Shown piece after piece: positions 48,399 to 58,623 of a DNA stretch of 64,000 nt. How positions within the stretch are numbered: position 1 is the first letter of the stretch; every line of letters begins with the position of its first letter. The notes below the pieces were generated by a model, which had not been told where the DNA came from, searched no databases, and saw only the letters and a program-made list of their open reading frames with translations. The position numbers were made by a program, and so were the translations under genes. This DNA comes from a virus (taxonomy: Duplodnaviria > Caudoviricetes), in IMG/VR virus record IMGVR_UViG_2926965794_000002, positions 1 to 64,000 of that record; one strand, given 5' to 3'.

Positions 48399-48971
48399 TT
48401 AGGACGCGGCCGCCGGCGCCGAGCCCGCCTTCACGGCCTCGACGATGTCCGCCTTGGCGGTCTTGCCGCCCAGGTCGATGTTCTTGTCCGCGGCCAGCTT
48501 CTGGAGCTCGGGCACGGTCAGTTCATCGAAATTGCCGGCCTCGATCGCGGCCTTCACCTTGGCGTCGTTCTCGAGGGCGGCGACGATGTCCGCCTTTTTG
48601 GTCAGGCCGGAGATGTCGACCTTGCGCTCGGCCGCGATGGCCTGGAGCTCGGCGACGGTCTTCTTGCTGAGATCTCCGTCGTCGGCGTTGTCCTTGCCAC
48701 CGGTGCCTTCCGGCTGCCGGCGCGACGCGTTCGGATCCTGCCGATCGGCGTCCTGCAGCTTGAGCGCAACGTCGGACGACGCGCCGCGTGCCTTGACCGC
48801 GTCATCCTCAGTCGTGAAGTGCGCGACACCACGCTTCACCCAGCGATCGGCCGAGCGCGGAGACAGCGGGTACGTCTTGCCCTCCTCGAAGCGGGTTTCG
48901 TTGGCGGTGCCGGCGTGCTCATTGTCGACCACGCGGGTTTGGTCGAACGTAATATTCACCTTGTCATCCAT
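48399..48971 (-). CDS. Protein with two Rho-N/HeH-like repeats
   Basis: TVAELQAIAAE..VD...KKADIV repeated. Confidence 0.7.
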   Translation of the reverse strand: MDDKVNITFDQTRVVDNEHAGTANETRFEEGKTYPLSPRSADRWVKRGVAHFTTEDDAVKARGASSDVALKLQDADRQDPNASRRQPEGTGGKDNADDGDLSKKTVAELQAIAAERKVDISGLTKKADIVAALENDAKVKAAIEAGNFDELTVPELQKLAADKNIDLGGKTAKADIVEAVKAGSAPAAAS

Positions 48972-49067
48972 CGTGGTGGACTCCTGCAAGAATGGGTTTG
49001 GCAGCGCTTGGGAGCGCTGCCGCGGTTCGGTGCTCACGCTGAACTGAAGGTCAGTTCAACGCAGCGG

Positions 49068-49511
49068 CTACTTGATGGTTTCGACCAGCGACGCCGCTGG
49101 CGCCGTCGGGGAATACCGCGCGCTGACGCCGAGCAGGACGGCGGTCGACGGGCTCGTCGCGACGGCAGTCGTCATCGACAACCGCACGAACGAGAAGCCA
49201 CCGTTGCGGTCCAATTCCTCGGCGCGGACATTGATCTGCGCCTGCTTGTTGGACTTGTCGGTGCCAGCCTGGGTCAGCTGCGTGATGGCCTTGCCGACGA
49301 TGTCCTTGGCACCGGTACCCGTGCCGTCCTGTGCCTGCTGGAGCTTGGCGTCGATGGTGCCGTTCACGCCCAAGGCGCCGGCGGCGATGATCGCGAGCAG
49401 TTCCTCGAACGTCGCCATCGACACCCAGTTCGTGGTCAGGGTGCCGGCCGCGTTGGCAGCCGGGTTGATGATGCCGGCCAGGACGACTTTCTCGCTGGTG
49501 AGCGAAGTCAT
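49068..49511 (-). CDS. Capsid decoration/cement-like protein
   Basis: Follows MCP; beta-rich. Confidence 0.6.
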   Translation of the reverse strand: MTSLTSEKVVLAGIINPAANAAGTLTTNWVSMATFEELLAIIAAGALGVNGTIDAKLQQAQDGTGTGAKDIVGKAITQLTQAGTDKSNKQAQINVRAEELDRNGGFSFVRLSMTTAVATSPSTAVLLGVSARYSPTAPAASLVETIK

Positions 49512-49597
49512 GGAATTCTCCGTGGATTGATGGGTTCAGGGGTGATCTTCGCAGGCGGGCGGCGATCAAGACCGCCGCCCGGTGCTCAGACCGCTGG

Positions 49598-50935
49598 TTA
49601 CGGCCGGTCGGCGAGCGTGACGAACGGGCTCAGGGTGTCGGCACCCTTGAACGGCGTCAGCGGGGCATCCCAGATCGGCTGGCCATCCATGCGCAGGACG
49701 AACCGGAAGGTCGTCTCGTCATTGATGAACCGGGCGTGGATCGAGACGTCCTGCTTCAGGCCGCCCTTCTGGATCGTCAGGTACTGCTGCAGATCCATCA
49801 GCGCGATGTCGCCCTTGTCGCCGAGCTGCGAGTTGAACTCGGTCGGGACAATCGGGCGGCCGAGCAGCGTGGCGTACGGCTGACCGGCGATGCTGCCCTG
49901 CGGCAGGTAGATCGGCATGTTGCCGATCTTCATCAGCATCAGCTGTGGCTCGATCTGCTGGTTGATGGTCCAGATCGCGCTCTGCCGGCTGCGCAGCCAC
50001 AGGCGAGCCCACATCTTGACGATGTTCTCGACCACGACGGTGTCCGCCGCCTGGCCGCCCTCAGCCGCGATGGTGACCAACGCCGCCGACTTCATGACAC
50101 CGGCCGGCATGCCGGCGCCGCTGCCCTCGAAGATGGCATCGTCGATCTTGAAGGCGAACTCGTCGCCGAAGACCTCCGGGATGAAGCTGTTCAGCATCAC
50201 GGCATCCTCGAGCAACTCGTCGGTTGCGTAGAGGAGACCGGTCAGCTTGTGCAGCCGCAGATCCATCTGGCGGAAGGACAGCTGCGAGCCGACCTTCTGC
50301 TGGCCCTCGCCGGTCCAGAACGACTGGACGCCGCCGAAGCGGGTGCCGTTGGCGCGGCTCGAGTCCTTCAGCGCGTTGATCTTCACGCCGTTGGAGGCCG
50401 GGCTGACCGGCAGCTGGCGGGTGCGCGAGAGCAGATCCGAGCGGTCGTACGCACGGCTCATGAGCTCAGGCACGAAGTCCTGCTGGATCAGGTAGCCACC
50501 GTCCTGGCCGCCGCCCTCGTTCATGCCGCTGGCGGCCTGCCACTCGAGGCGGTCGTCGACGGCGATCCGCTTGCCGGCGTTGGCGATCGCCACCATCTGC
50601 TCGCCGAGCGAACCGAACTTCTTCTTCGCTTCGGCGGGCACGGTCGGAGCGGTGCGCTCGGCACGCTCGCCCGCGGTCTCGGCGTTCGCACCCGGGGCCG
50701 GAGCCATCGAGCGCTGCTCGTCCATCAGGCGCTCCTGCTGGGCGATCGCCTGGTTGACGCGGGTCAACTCGCTGACCTGCGCCGGCTTGTCACCAGCGGC
50801 AGCGACGTCGTCCATGATTGCCGACAGGCGGGCAGCCTCGACATCGGTGATGGTGCCATCGGCCACCTTGGCGGTGAGCGCATTGGCTTCGGCGATCAGC
50901 CCCGCTTTCTTGTCGCGAAGTGCCTTGATCGTCAT
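49598..50935 (-). CDS. Major capsid protein (HK97 fold, with N-terminal scaffold domain)
   Basis: GGYLI, W.GEG, TDELLED, R.DG. Confidence 0.93.
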   Translation of the reverse strand: MTIKALRDKKAGLIAEANALTAKVADGTITDVEAARLSAIMDDVAAAGDKPAQVSELTRVNQAIAQQERLMDEQRSMAPAPGANAETAGERAERTAPTVPAEAKKKFGSLGEQMVAIANAGKRIAVDDRLEWQAASGMNEGGGQDGGYLIQQDFVPELMSRAYDRSDLLSRTRQLPVSPASNGVKINALKDSSRANGTRFGGVQSFWTGEGQQKVGSQLSFRQMDLRLHKLTGLLYATDELLEDAVMLNSFIPEVFGDEFAFKIDDAIFEGSGAGMPAGVMKSAALVTIAAEGGQAADTVVVENIVKMWARLWLRSRQSAIWTINQQIEPQLMLMKIGNMPIYLPQGSIAGQPYATLLGRPIVPTEFNSQLGDKGDIALMDLQQYLTIQKGGLKQDVSIHARFINDETTFRFVLRMDGQPIWDAPLTPFKGADTLSPFVTLADRP

Positions 50936-50951
50936 CTCGATCTCTCCTCAA

Positions 50952-50980
50952 TAAAAAAGGCGCCCGGGAAGGGGCGCCTT
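50952..50980 (-). terminator. Terminator-like hairpin upstream of the MCP gene
   Basis: AAGGCGCCC-CTTCCC-GGGCGCCTT-TTTT. Confidence 0.55.
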
Positions 50981-51084
50981 GGGTTTCGATGGACTCAGTG
51001 GAGACTGCGGTCTCGACCGAGCCCGCATAGACACGCGAAGATCAGGGTCGCGACTGCGCCCCTACTCCGCGAATTTCGGAAGGG

Positions 51085-52134
51085 TCAGCCGCGCGCGCCG
51101 AGCGCGACGAATGCCGACTGCTGGTTGGCGGAGTTGCGCGGCGTGATCGGCGTCTTCCACGCCGGCGCGCCGTCCACGCGATAGCGAAGCTTGAACGCCA
51201 TCTCGTCGGTCACGAATTTCGCGTGGATCGAGCTCAACAAACCGCCAGATGCCTGCTCCTTCTCGGCAACGATGTACTGGCTCATGTCCGCCAGGACGAC
51301 GTCGCCGGCGGCGCCGAGCGGCGCGGTGTACTCGCAGAGCTCGACGGGCATCTGCAGCAGCCGGCGCTCGCCGTTCGGGCCGGTCTCGAACAGCTTGGTG
51401 CCGGTGCTCTCCTCCAGGGCAACGATCTGCCCGAAGGCGTCGTTGCCCATCATCCAAATCGCCGTGGCGTGTGACGGGCCCCAAAGCCCGGCGGCCATCG
51501 CGGAGAGGTTGGTCGTGGAAATCGTCCCGGCCGCCTGGCCGTTATCCTTCGGTACCGTCAGCAGACCCGGGGCATTCAGGATCCCAAGCGGCTCGCCCAC
51601 GCCGCTACCCGCGACGATCGCGCGCTCAATCCCAAATGCCGCCTCGAGGCCGAAGATCCGGATCAGCGCCGCGGCCAGCGCCGGCGCGTCCTCGTTCAAC
51701 TCCTCGGTGGTGAAGAACATCCCGAGGAGCTTCTTCAGCTTGAGCTCGAGCAGATCAAACTTCAGCGCGGAGTCGTTGTCGTCGCCGCCCTGGTCGGTCC
51801 AGTACATCCGGGCGCCGCCGAAGCGCGAATTCACCGGCTGCTCGGCGTCACCGCGATCGGACTCCGAAATCGCCGGGATGATGAGCTTGTCGCCCTTGGT
51901 GATGGGTTGGCGATCGCAGCGCGCCAGAATGCGGCCAGTGGCGTAGACGCGTGTCCACAGCGCCGCGGCAAACTCCACGGGTACGAGGAAGCCGCCGCCC
52001 GGCCCGGAAACACCGCTGAGGCCGGAGACGGAAGCCGCCGGCACCAGGCGGTGGTCGCTGTCCTCGGCCTGCTCGGCGCCGATCACGGCCGCGAGGAAGC
52101 TGGCGAAAGTCTGGAACGTCATGGGCTTGTTCAT
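51085..52134 (-). CDS. Second HK97-fold capsid protein (no scaffold domain)
   Basis: GGFLVP, TEELNED, G.G.GEPLGIL, SIHAKF..D. Confidence 0.88.
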   Translation of the reverse strand: MNKPMTFQTFASFLAAVIGAEQAEDSDHRLVPAASVSGLSGVSGPGGGFLVPVEFAAALWTRVYATGRILARCDRQPITKGDKLIIPAISESDRGDAEQPVNSRFGGARMYWTDQGGDDNDSALKFDLLELKLKKLLGMFFTTEELNEDAPALAAALIRIFGLEAAFGIERAIVAGSGVGEPLGILNAPGLLTVPKDNGQAAGTISTTNLSAMAAGLWGPSHATAIWMMGNDAFGQIVALEESTGTKLFETGPNGERRLLQMPVELCEYTAPLGAAGDVVLADMSQYIVAEKEQASGGLLSSIHAKFVTDEMAFKLRYRVDGAPAWKTPITPRNSANQQSAFVALGARG

Positions 52135-52151
52135 GGCGCGACCGTTTCCTC

Positions 52152-53594
52152 TTAGGCGCTGAGCAGAGCGAGACGGCGGCGACGGGCCTCAGCGGCCTGC
52201 TTGCGCTCGGCCAGTTCGGCCTCGGCCTTGTTCGGCGGCGGCTCGGTGAAACTGCTGCCGTCGGCCAGCGAACAAATCCAATCGCCGGCCATCGAGACAC
52301 CGATCTTGCTGTAGACCGCGGCCCCGTTCTCGACCGCGATCGTGACCGTCTCGCCGGCGACCTTCAGATACGGGGACTGGGTCTCGATCAGCCCGGTCGA
52401 GATCACGACCTTGGCGGGCCAGTGCTCCAGCACGTAGTACGTGCGAGCCTCGCCCTCGGTCTCCATGCGGAAGGCCACCCGTCCGCAGTCGGCCGTTGGG
52501 AGAATCTGGTCGGTGGCGCTGGTGATGTTGTGGGCGCGGATATCACCATCGACGAAGAGGTTGCCGGGGATTGCCACGCCGCTTTCGGTGACATGGACCC
52601 CCTCAGCCTGCACGTTCGCGCCGGCGACCGTGTCGGCGTCGGCCGACTCGTCCGGTCCCTGCTCTTCACCGCGACGACGACGACCACCCTCTTCCGGCAT
52701 CTCCATCGTGAGACCAACGCCCTGCAGAGCCATCTTGATCGTGGCGACGTCGTCGATCATGCCGAGGCGCTTCGCCATCGGAGCGCTGTAGCAGCGGCCC
52801 TTGCCGAACTTCTCGAGCACGACGTCCTTGGTGACGCCGCGGCCGCGCGCGACAGCGGTCAGGAAGTCGTCATAGGTCTGATCGACCTCGGACTGATAGA
52901 ATGCTTTTGCTTCGTCGCTCAGCGGCTCCATCGAGTTGCCTTCGGTCTTGTACTCGCCGGCATAGATGAAGGTCGGCTTGATGCCGTTGTCGGCCATCAG
53001 CGCCGAGCAGTCGTAGTGGCACATGAAGACGCCGATCGAACCGATGTCGCCCGACGGCACCGAGACCAGCTTGGTGCACTGGCTGCCGATCCAGTAGCCG
53101 GCCGAGGCGCACAGCGGATTGATGATGCCGACCACCGTCTTCTTGCGGGCGGCCCGATAGACAGCATCGGCCGCCTCCTGCGTGCCCGTGACGGCGCCGC
53201 CGGGCGTGTTGATGTCGAGCACGATCATGTCAACCGACGGATCGTTCGCCAGGCTGTCCATGATCTGGGACAGCAGCAGGGTCGAGAAGCAGTACGGCTG
53301 GTACTCGAGGTCGTAGAGCGCGACGCCATGCAGCGAGACCAGCGCGGTATACTTGCCGGCCTTCGCGCTCGGCGACATCTGCGGGCCGGCCGACATCCGG
53401 ACATGCTTCGGCTCGGATCCGTCCTCGTCCTCGAGGCCATAGATCTCGCGGATTTCCTTGTCGTGGACCTTGCCGCGCGCGACGCGCTCGAAGAGACCAC
53501 CGAGGACCGCGCCGAAACCGTTCCGCAGGTCGAACGCAAACATCCGGCCGTTGGAGCTCCGGATCTCGCGCTTAAACTGCTGCATCTTCCCCAT
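52152..53594 (-). CDS. S49 (SppA-like) prohead protease with C-terminal extension
   Basis: LDINTPGG, CASAGYWIGS, GSIGV, AGEYK. Confidence 0.9.
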   Translation of the reverse strand: MGKMQQFKREIRSSNGRMFAFDLRNGFGAVLGGLFERVARGKVHDKEIREIYGLEDEDGSEPKHVRMSAGPQMSPSAKAGKYTALVSLHGVALYDLEYQPYCFSTLLLSQIMDSLANDPSVDMIVLDINTPGGAVTGTQEAADAVYRAARKKTVVGIINPLCASAGYWIGSQCTKLVSVPSGDIGSIGVFMCHYDCSALMADNGIKPTFIYAGEYKTEGNSMEPLSDEAKAFYQSEVDQTYDDFLTAVARGRGVTKDVVLEKFGKGRCYSAPMAKRLGMIDDVATIKMALQGVGLTMEMPEEGGRRRRGEEQGPDESADADTVAGANVQAEGVHVTESGVAIPGNLFVDGDIRAHNITSATDQILPTADCGRVAFRMETEGEARTYYVLEHWPAKVVISTGLIETQSPYLKVAGETVTIAVENGAAVYSKIGVSMAGDWICSLADGSSFTEPPPNKAEAELAERKQAAEARRRRLALLSA

Positions 53595-55266
53595 TTTGGG
53601 CTCCGTGTTTCTTGAGGACGGCGGCGATCTGGCCGGCGAGCTTTTCGTCTCGCCGATCGAGCAACGCCACGATGTCGTTGGCACCCAAGGCCTCGTCACG
53701 CTGGTGGGCGCAGTACGCCCGCGCGCCGTCGCGCGAGATCTGCAGATTCTGCATCACAAAGCTGACGTGGCCGCCGTAGAACGCCTTGATAAACTCGCGC
53801 ATGCCGTCGGGATCGGCGGCGAACTTCAGCGAAGCCTTGCGGAGCGCCTGGTTCTCTTTCCGGGCGACTCGAGCCGCGACGGCTTCTGGCGTGTTGTCTT
53901 CGATCCTCTCGGGCGGCGCCGGCAGAGCCGCGGCTGGCTGATCGGCCGCCGGCGGCAGCGCCTGCTGCTGCTGCTGATACGCTCCGCGCGACACCTGGTC
54001 GGCCCAGGGCTCGTTGATCCGGTTGAGGCCCTCCGCGACGCGGACCTCGTTGATGGTCATCCATCCAGGGGCGCCGCCGGTGCCAAGCGCCGCCGACCAA
54101 TAGTTCCGGCGGGCTTCGAGATTGCCGCGCTCCAGCGCGTCGAGATTGAACTTCACCTCGTACAGGCCGGTCGCGATGATGAGGTCGCGGCGGATCGCCT
54201 GCTCGATTTTCCGGGCCCAAGGCCGGATGGTGTACTTCACGAAGTTGATGGACTGCTCTTCGACCGTCGACCGATTCGTCTGGTCGTCGACGCCGAGCAT
54301 GTGCAGCGGGATGCGGAAGAAGCGCGCCAGTTCGGCGATCTGCCACTTCCGGGCCTCGAGCAGCTGAGCCTCGCTCGCCTTCATCGAAGCCGGCTCGAAC
54401 TTGGCGCCGTCCTGGAGAACCGCCGGACGGTGGAAATTTTCCGGGCTGGCGTACTTCTCCATGAGGCGTGCGATCAGACGCCGCACCGCCTGCGGGCTCA
54501 TCCGCTTCTGGGTGGTGATGAAACCGCCCATGTTGAGGTTGTTCGAGAAGATCCGCGAGGCGTACTGGTCCGCGGCGACGCCGAGGCCGATCGACTCGGC
54601 GGCCAGATCCAGCATGCTGAGACCATTGACGCCATCGAGCGACAGGCTCGGGATGCGCAGCACCTCGTCCTGCAGAAGAACCCGAGATCCTCCGGAAGTC
54701 GGGTTGGTGACGGTGAACCGCAGCGTCCCGTCACGAAGCTGGTCCTGCGTGACGCGATCGCTGCGCAGGAATTTAAGTTGGTCGACCGCACCGCGGGCGC
54801 CCGGAACGATCTCGGCGTAACCGGTGCCGAACAGCACCGCATGCAGGATGATCGACTCCCAGAACTCGGCCGCGGTCTGCGTCTTGTTCGGCTGGAAGCG
54901 GATCAGTTCCGCCACGGGATGACCTGGCGCCGGCAGGCGGCCGTCATCCGGCATGACCTTGTTGATCGAGACCGGCAGGCTCGCGATGGTCTCGGCGAGA
55001 ACCTTGGCACACGCCGCGAACGCCGACAGGCGCATCGCGATCATCGGTGTGATCCGGATCCCGGCCTTCGACCGCTTGCCTACCGACTCGTAATAGAAAT
55101 CAGCATCGTCGCCGTAGTAGCGCTCCTCCTGCTCGCCGGAATCGTCTGCACGACGACCGAGCGACCACACTGCGGCAACGGTGTTGTTGATCCAACCCAT
55201 GGGCGATTTCGGTCCTGATGAGTTGCGAGAAGGCGGCGGGGCAGCGATCGCGGCCGCCTGCATCAC
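53572..55266 (-). CDS. HK97-family portal protein
   Basis: IASLP, PN, G.GYAEI, IARFFRIP-like, TINEVR. Confidence 0.93.
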   Translation of the reverse strand: MMQAAAIAAPPPSRNSSGPKSPMGWINNTVAAVWSLGRRADDSGEQEERYYGDDADFYYESVGKRSKAGIRITPMIAMRLSAFAACAKVLAETIASLPVSINKVMPDDGRLPAPGHPVAELIRFQPNKTQTAAEFWESIILHAVLFGTGYAEIVPGARGAVDQLKFLRSDRVTQDQLRDGTLRFTVTNPTSGGSRVLLQDEVLRIPSLSLDGVNGLSMLDLAAESIGLGVAADQYASRIFSNNLNMGGFITTQKRMSPQAVRRLIARLMEKYASPENFHRPAVLQDGAKFEPASMKASEAQLLEARKWQIAELARFFRIPLHMLGVDDQTNRSTVEEQSINFVKYTIRPWARKIEQAIRRDLIIATGLYEVKFNLDALERGNLEARRNYWSAALGTGGAPGWMTINEVRVAEGLNRINEPWADQVSRGAYQQQQQALPPAADQPAAALPAPPERIEDNTPEAVAARVARKENQALRKASLKFAADPDGMREFIKAFYGGHVSFVMQNLQISRDGARAYCAHQRDEALGANDIVALLDRRDEKLAGQIAAVLKKHGAQNGEDAAV

Positions 55267-57005
55267 ACCACGACGTCGTCATCCTCGTAGGCTGAGCCCG
55301 CCGGCTCCGGATTCATCGACATCAGGGAGACGGCGTCGAACACGGCCATCAGGGGATCGATCTTCGCCATACCGCTGATCTGCTTGGTGATGAGCGTTGC
55401 GTTTCCGCGCTGCTCGGCCTTTGCGTTGCCGATCGACCAGGACATCAGCCGGGTGCCTTCATGGATCAGCGTGCCGGCGGCAACCCGCCGCTCCGCGTCC
55501 TTGATGGCGCCGTTCAGCTTCCAGCCCTGCGCGATGCCGACGATGCGCTCCTTCTCGAAGCCGCGGGCCTCGCTGGTGAGCTCGTCCACGATTGAACCGA
55601 TGCCGGCGGCGTCGACTGCGATCGCGGGGCCTTCCGCCAGCTTTCCCGACTCCTCGACCCGCACCACGATGTCAGCGACCGCAGTGACGTCGTCGCCGGG
55701 CTTCTCCACCATCGTGAGCGTGTTTTCCTTGACGAACTCCGCGAGCTCGGTGGCGATCTGCTTGCGGCGCTCCAGCACGATCTCGTGCGCCCAGGCCCGC
55801 GCCCATAGCAGCCACTTCCGTTTCGACAGATCCTCGGCGGCACCAGCTGCCCTCTTCTCTCGCCCCAGCACCGCGAGACCGAGAAGGTCGTCCAGCCCGC
55901 CGCCGTCGATCCCGATCACCGCGACCTCGCAGCGGTTGAGCAGATCCTCGAGCGACGTGACCCTTTCCTGCGACTTGTTCCAGAAGTCTGCGCCGGCCCA
56001 GCGATCGGCCCGCAGCTTTGATCCGATCTGGACGTTGAGGTGCTTCGCAAGGAAGACGTTCAGCCCGGCCTTGTCGCCGCGCCGCGCCTCGGTCAGTTTG
56101 TCGGTGATCCATTCCGAAAAGACGGAAACTTCGAGGTTCGGATTGGTGACGTAGAAGTTTGCCGGGTCGAGATAAGCCTCGGCCTCGAGCATCGCGTCCG
56201 GGAACTCGTAGAGCATCCCGAGCTTCTTCGGGTCCGAGATCTTGCCGTCGCGGATATCGCGGTAGAGCTTCAGCTTCTCGAGGAACACGCCGGTCGGCGG
56301 TTCGTCGGAATGCGTCGACAGGAAGATGACGAAGCCTTCCGGACGTGACACCAAGCCGCCCGTCGCCTCCCGAAACATGGCCTCTGCGTTGGCGCGCTTC
56401 CCGAACAGCCAGAGCTCGTCGATCAGGACGAAGGACGCCTTCTTACCGCCAACGGTGTCGGTGTCGGCGGCCACGACCCGGAGCACCGCGTTCGTGACCC
56501 GATGCGTGATCTGCCGAAAATTCTCCTGGACATGAAGAAGGTCACGCAGTTCCTCGTCGCGGTAGACCATGTCGCGCGCCGGGTCGAACGAGTTCTTCGC
56601 AATCTCGATCGTCGGCGCCAAGATCAGGAGCTGAGCGGAATGCCTCCAGTTCCGTATCAGCGCGGTGATCATGATGCCCGCGGCGATCGTCGACTTGCCG
56701 TTCTTCTTGCTGATCAGCAGGAAGAACTCGTCGATGAGCCTCTTGGCCGTCGAATGGTCGTACGCGCCAAAGATGGCGAGCACGAAATCGAATACCCATT
56801 GCTCGCCGGCCTCGCCAAACGTCGGCGGCCGCATCTCGCCGGTTTCGGAGTCCTCGATCGGCGTGGCGTCGACGATGTGCAGCGACTTGAAGACCTCAAG
56901 TGCCGCATAGGCCTCATTCGGGAAGAGCGGCCCGAACGGGATCAGGCTCTCCCTGGCAACGATCCTCCGCTCCCAGTCCGGGCAGGCCGTTGACCAGGAT
57001 CTCAC
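55263..57005 (-). CDS. Terminase large subunit
   Basis: Walker A KKNGKST, Walker B LIDE, nuclease GIDGG..DD, KIDP. Confidence 0.95.
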   Translation of the reverse strand: MRSWSTACPDWERRIVARESLIPFGPLFPNEAYAALEVFKSLHIVDATPIEDSETGEMRPPTFGEAGEQWVFDFVLAIFGAYDHSTAKRLIDEFFLLISKKNGKSTIAAGIMITALIRNWRHSAQLLILAPTIEIAKNSFDPARDMVYRDEELRDLLHVQENFRQITHRVTNAVLRVVAADTDTVGGKKASFVLIDELWLFGKRANAEAMFREATGGLVSRPEGFVIFLSTHSDEPPTGVFLEKLKLYRDIRDGKISDPKKLGMLYEFPDAMLEAEAYLDPANFYVTNPNLEVSVFSEWITDKLTEARRGDKAGLNVFLAKHLNVQIGSKLRADRWAGADFWNKSQERVTSLEDLLNRCEVAVIGIDGGGLDDLLGLAVLGREKRAAGAAEDLSKRKWLLWARAWAHEIVLERRKQIATELAEFVKENTLTMVEKPGDDVTAVADIVVRVEESGKLAEGPAIAVDAAGIGSIVDELTSEARGFEKERIVGIAQGWKLNGAIKDAERRVAAGTLIHEGTRLMSWSIGNAKAEQRGNATLITKQISGMAKIDPLMAVFDAVSLMSMNPEPAGSAYEDDDVVV

Positions 57006-57556
57006 TGGTTGTTCACCACCAGCTTAGGCGGCTCAGGTGCTTTGAACTTGCCGCCGACATTCTCGGCGGCCGCCTGACGCTCTTCCTTCTTCCCCAGCCT
57101 GGCGGGCTTCGGTGCCGCCGCAGCAGCGGCCTGTGGCTTTCCGCGCTCGCCAACGGAGCCGGCCGCGCGCGAGACCTTACCCATTTCGTCGAGCCGCTTG
57201 ATTGCCGAGACGTTCTTCGCGTGCGCGGCCTCGAACAGAAGCTTGGTCACCTCAGCACGCTGGTTCGCGTATCCGTTCTCGAGCTCGTTGGCGCAGTGCT
57301 TGCGCAGGGTGTCGACATCGACCTTCAGCGCCCGGGCGATCATGGCCTCAGACTCGCCGCAAAACTTCAGCCGCTCGACCGTCTGCCGGTCCGCGATCGA
57401 CGGCGCCCATGCCGGACGACCGCCCTTGTTGCGCTTCGCCGAATTGCTCGACGTCCCGCGCTTTTTCGGTTTCGACGCCTTCCGCTTCGCCGGCTTCGCT
57501 TCAGCGCGATCGCTGGCTTCCGCAGGATTTTCGTCGGCGGTCGGTTTTTCGGTCAT
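57002..57556 (-). CDS. Terminase small subunit
   Basis: GGRP, HTH (IARAL.VD..TLRKH), GKKE; upstream of TerL. Confidence 0.8.
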   Translation of the reverse strand: MTEKPTADENPAEASDRAEAKPAKRKASKPKKRGTSSNSAKRNKGGRPAWAPSIADRQTVERLKFCGESEAMIARALKVDVDTLRKHCANELENGYANQRAEVTKLLFEAAHAKNVSAIKRLDEMGKVSRAAGSVGERGKPQAAAAAAPKPARLGKKEERQAAAENVGGKFKAPEPPKLVVNNQ

Positions 57557-57559
57557 TTT

Positions 57560-58120
57560 GCGAGTTCCGGCCAAAAATTCGGGCCGCCTCAAAAAAATTG
57601 TGCAGGTGCCACCCCGAGCGGTCCCGGGTCCGCGCGCCGTCGGGAAATTGCCCCGGGGGTACGGTTCGGCCGGATTGCTAGCGAAATGGGCGGGTTTAGG
57701 CGCCGTTCTGGCGGGTTTTGCGTGCGATTGGCGCGGTTGAGGCGCGCCGAGCTATGGGCGCCGAGGGCTTGCCGGATGGCCGAGGCCGATAGCCTGGCCG
57801 ATTAGTGTCAATCCGTTGTGCTGGCGCCGCTGGCGCCGCGCCGCGCGCGGTAACCGTCCGCCTTCTCTCTCGCCTAGCGTGCCTAGTGGCGTGGTGCGGT
57901 TGACGTTGCGGCCTTGCGTCCATCCGCCGAGGCCGAGGCGCCGAGGCCAGAAACGCAAAACCCGCCGAGGTTTCCCGCGGCGGGTTGGCTGCAGCGACAC
58001 TGCGCCGAATGCCTGTTCTGAATCATAACTGGAGTCGGAGTGTCAAATCCGGTTCCGCTACTCGGCGGTGCATGACGGCGCCGCGCGGCCTCGGTCTCTC
58101 CCTGTTCTGTGATAGCTATT
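57560..58120. other. Non-coding divergence region, candidate cos/packaging end
   Basis: Upstream of terS, strand switch, abrupt change in word usage; position-based inference only. Confidence 0.4.
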
Positions 58121-58162
58121 CGCTAGATGGACTGTTCAAACTCACGGGATAGGGAAAACGAC

Positions 58163-58474
58163 ATGCCTGCAGCGAAGGCGAATAGCTCGGCGCCGAGACA
58201 AGCCGGCAAAGGCCGCGCCTATGCCTCGGCCGGCGCCACACTGCGAATCAGCGCGGCCGAATTCATCGCTTGGCAGGAAGAGCTAGGCCTTTCGAATGGT
58301 GCTGCAGCTGCAGCGCTATTCGTTTCGCCCAATACGGTTACAGCGGTGCGCGCGGAAGGCGGTAGCGCTGAACTGGCGCTGAAGTGTCGCGCCATCGCCG
58401 CCGGCCTTTCGCCAGCGCTACCCATGCAAGAGGCCTTCCGCCTCGGCCGGATAAACGCCATTCTGCAGGAATAG
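58163..58474 (+). CDS. Xre-like HTH protein
   Basis: EFIAWQEELGLSNGAAAAALFVSPNTV. Confidence 0.7.
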   Translation: MPAAKANSSAPRQAGKGRAYASAGATLRISAAEFIAWQEELGLSNGAAAAALFVSPNTVTAVRAEGGSAELALKCRAIAAGLSPALPMQEAFRLGRINAILQE

Positions 58475-58547
58475 GCCGCAATTCCCTGTAGTGTGAGGTC
58501 GGCCGGCCGAAACCCTATCTTTTTTCACAGAGCAGCGAATTAGGGGA

Positions 58548-58576
58548 TTGACAGGCACCGCGCTTTCTAGGCATGT
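58548..58576 (+). promoter_or_regulatory. Possible sigma70 promoter
   Basis: TTGACA at 58548 before the first motif copy; weak -10; similar TTGACA at 63821. Confidence 0.35.
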
Positions 58577-58623
58577 GCGGCGAACGGAACGCGCGATTGT
58601 GCGCAAATCAAAAGGCCGCCGAC

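Noticed and set aside
33900-57000. Long + strand ORFs (e.g. 39016-41148, 48306-49883, 53458-55218)
   Set aside because: Antisense shadows of GC-rich structural genes, with no motifs
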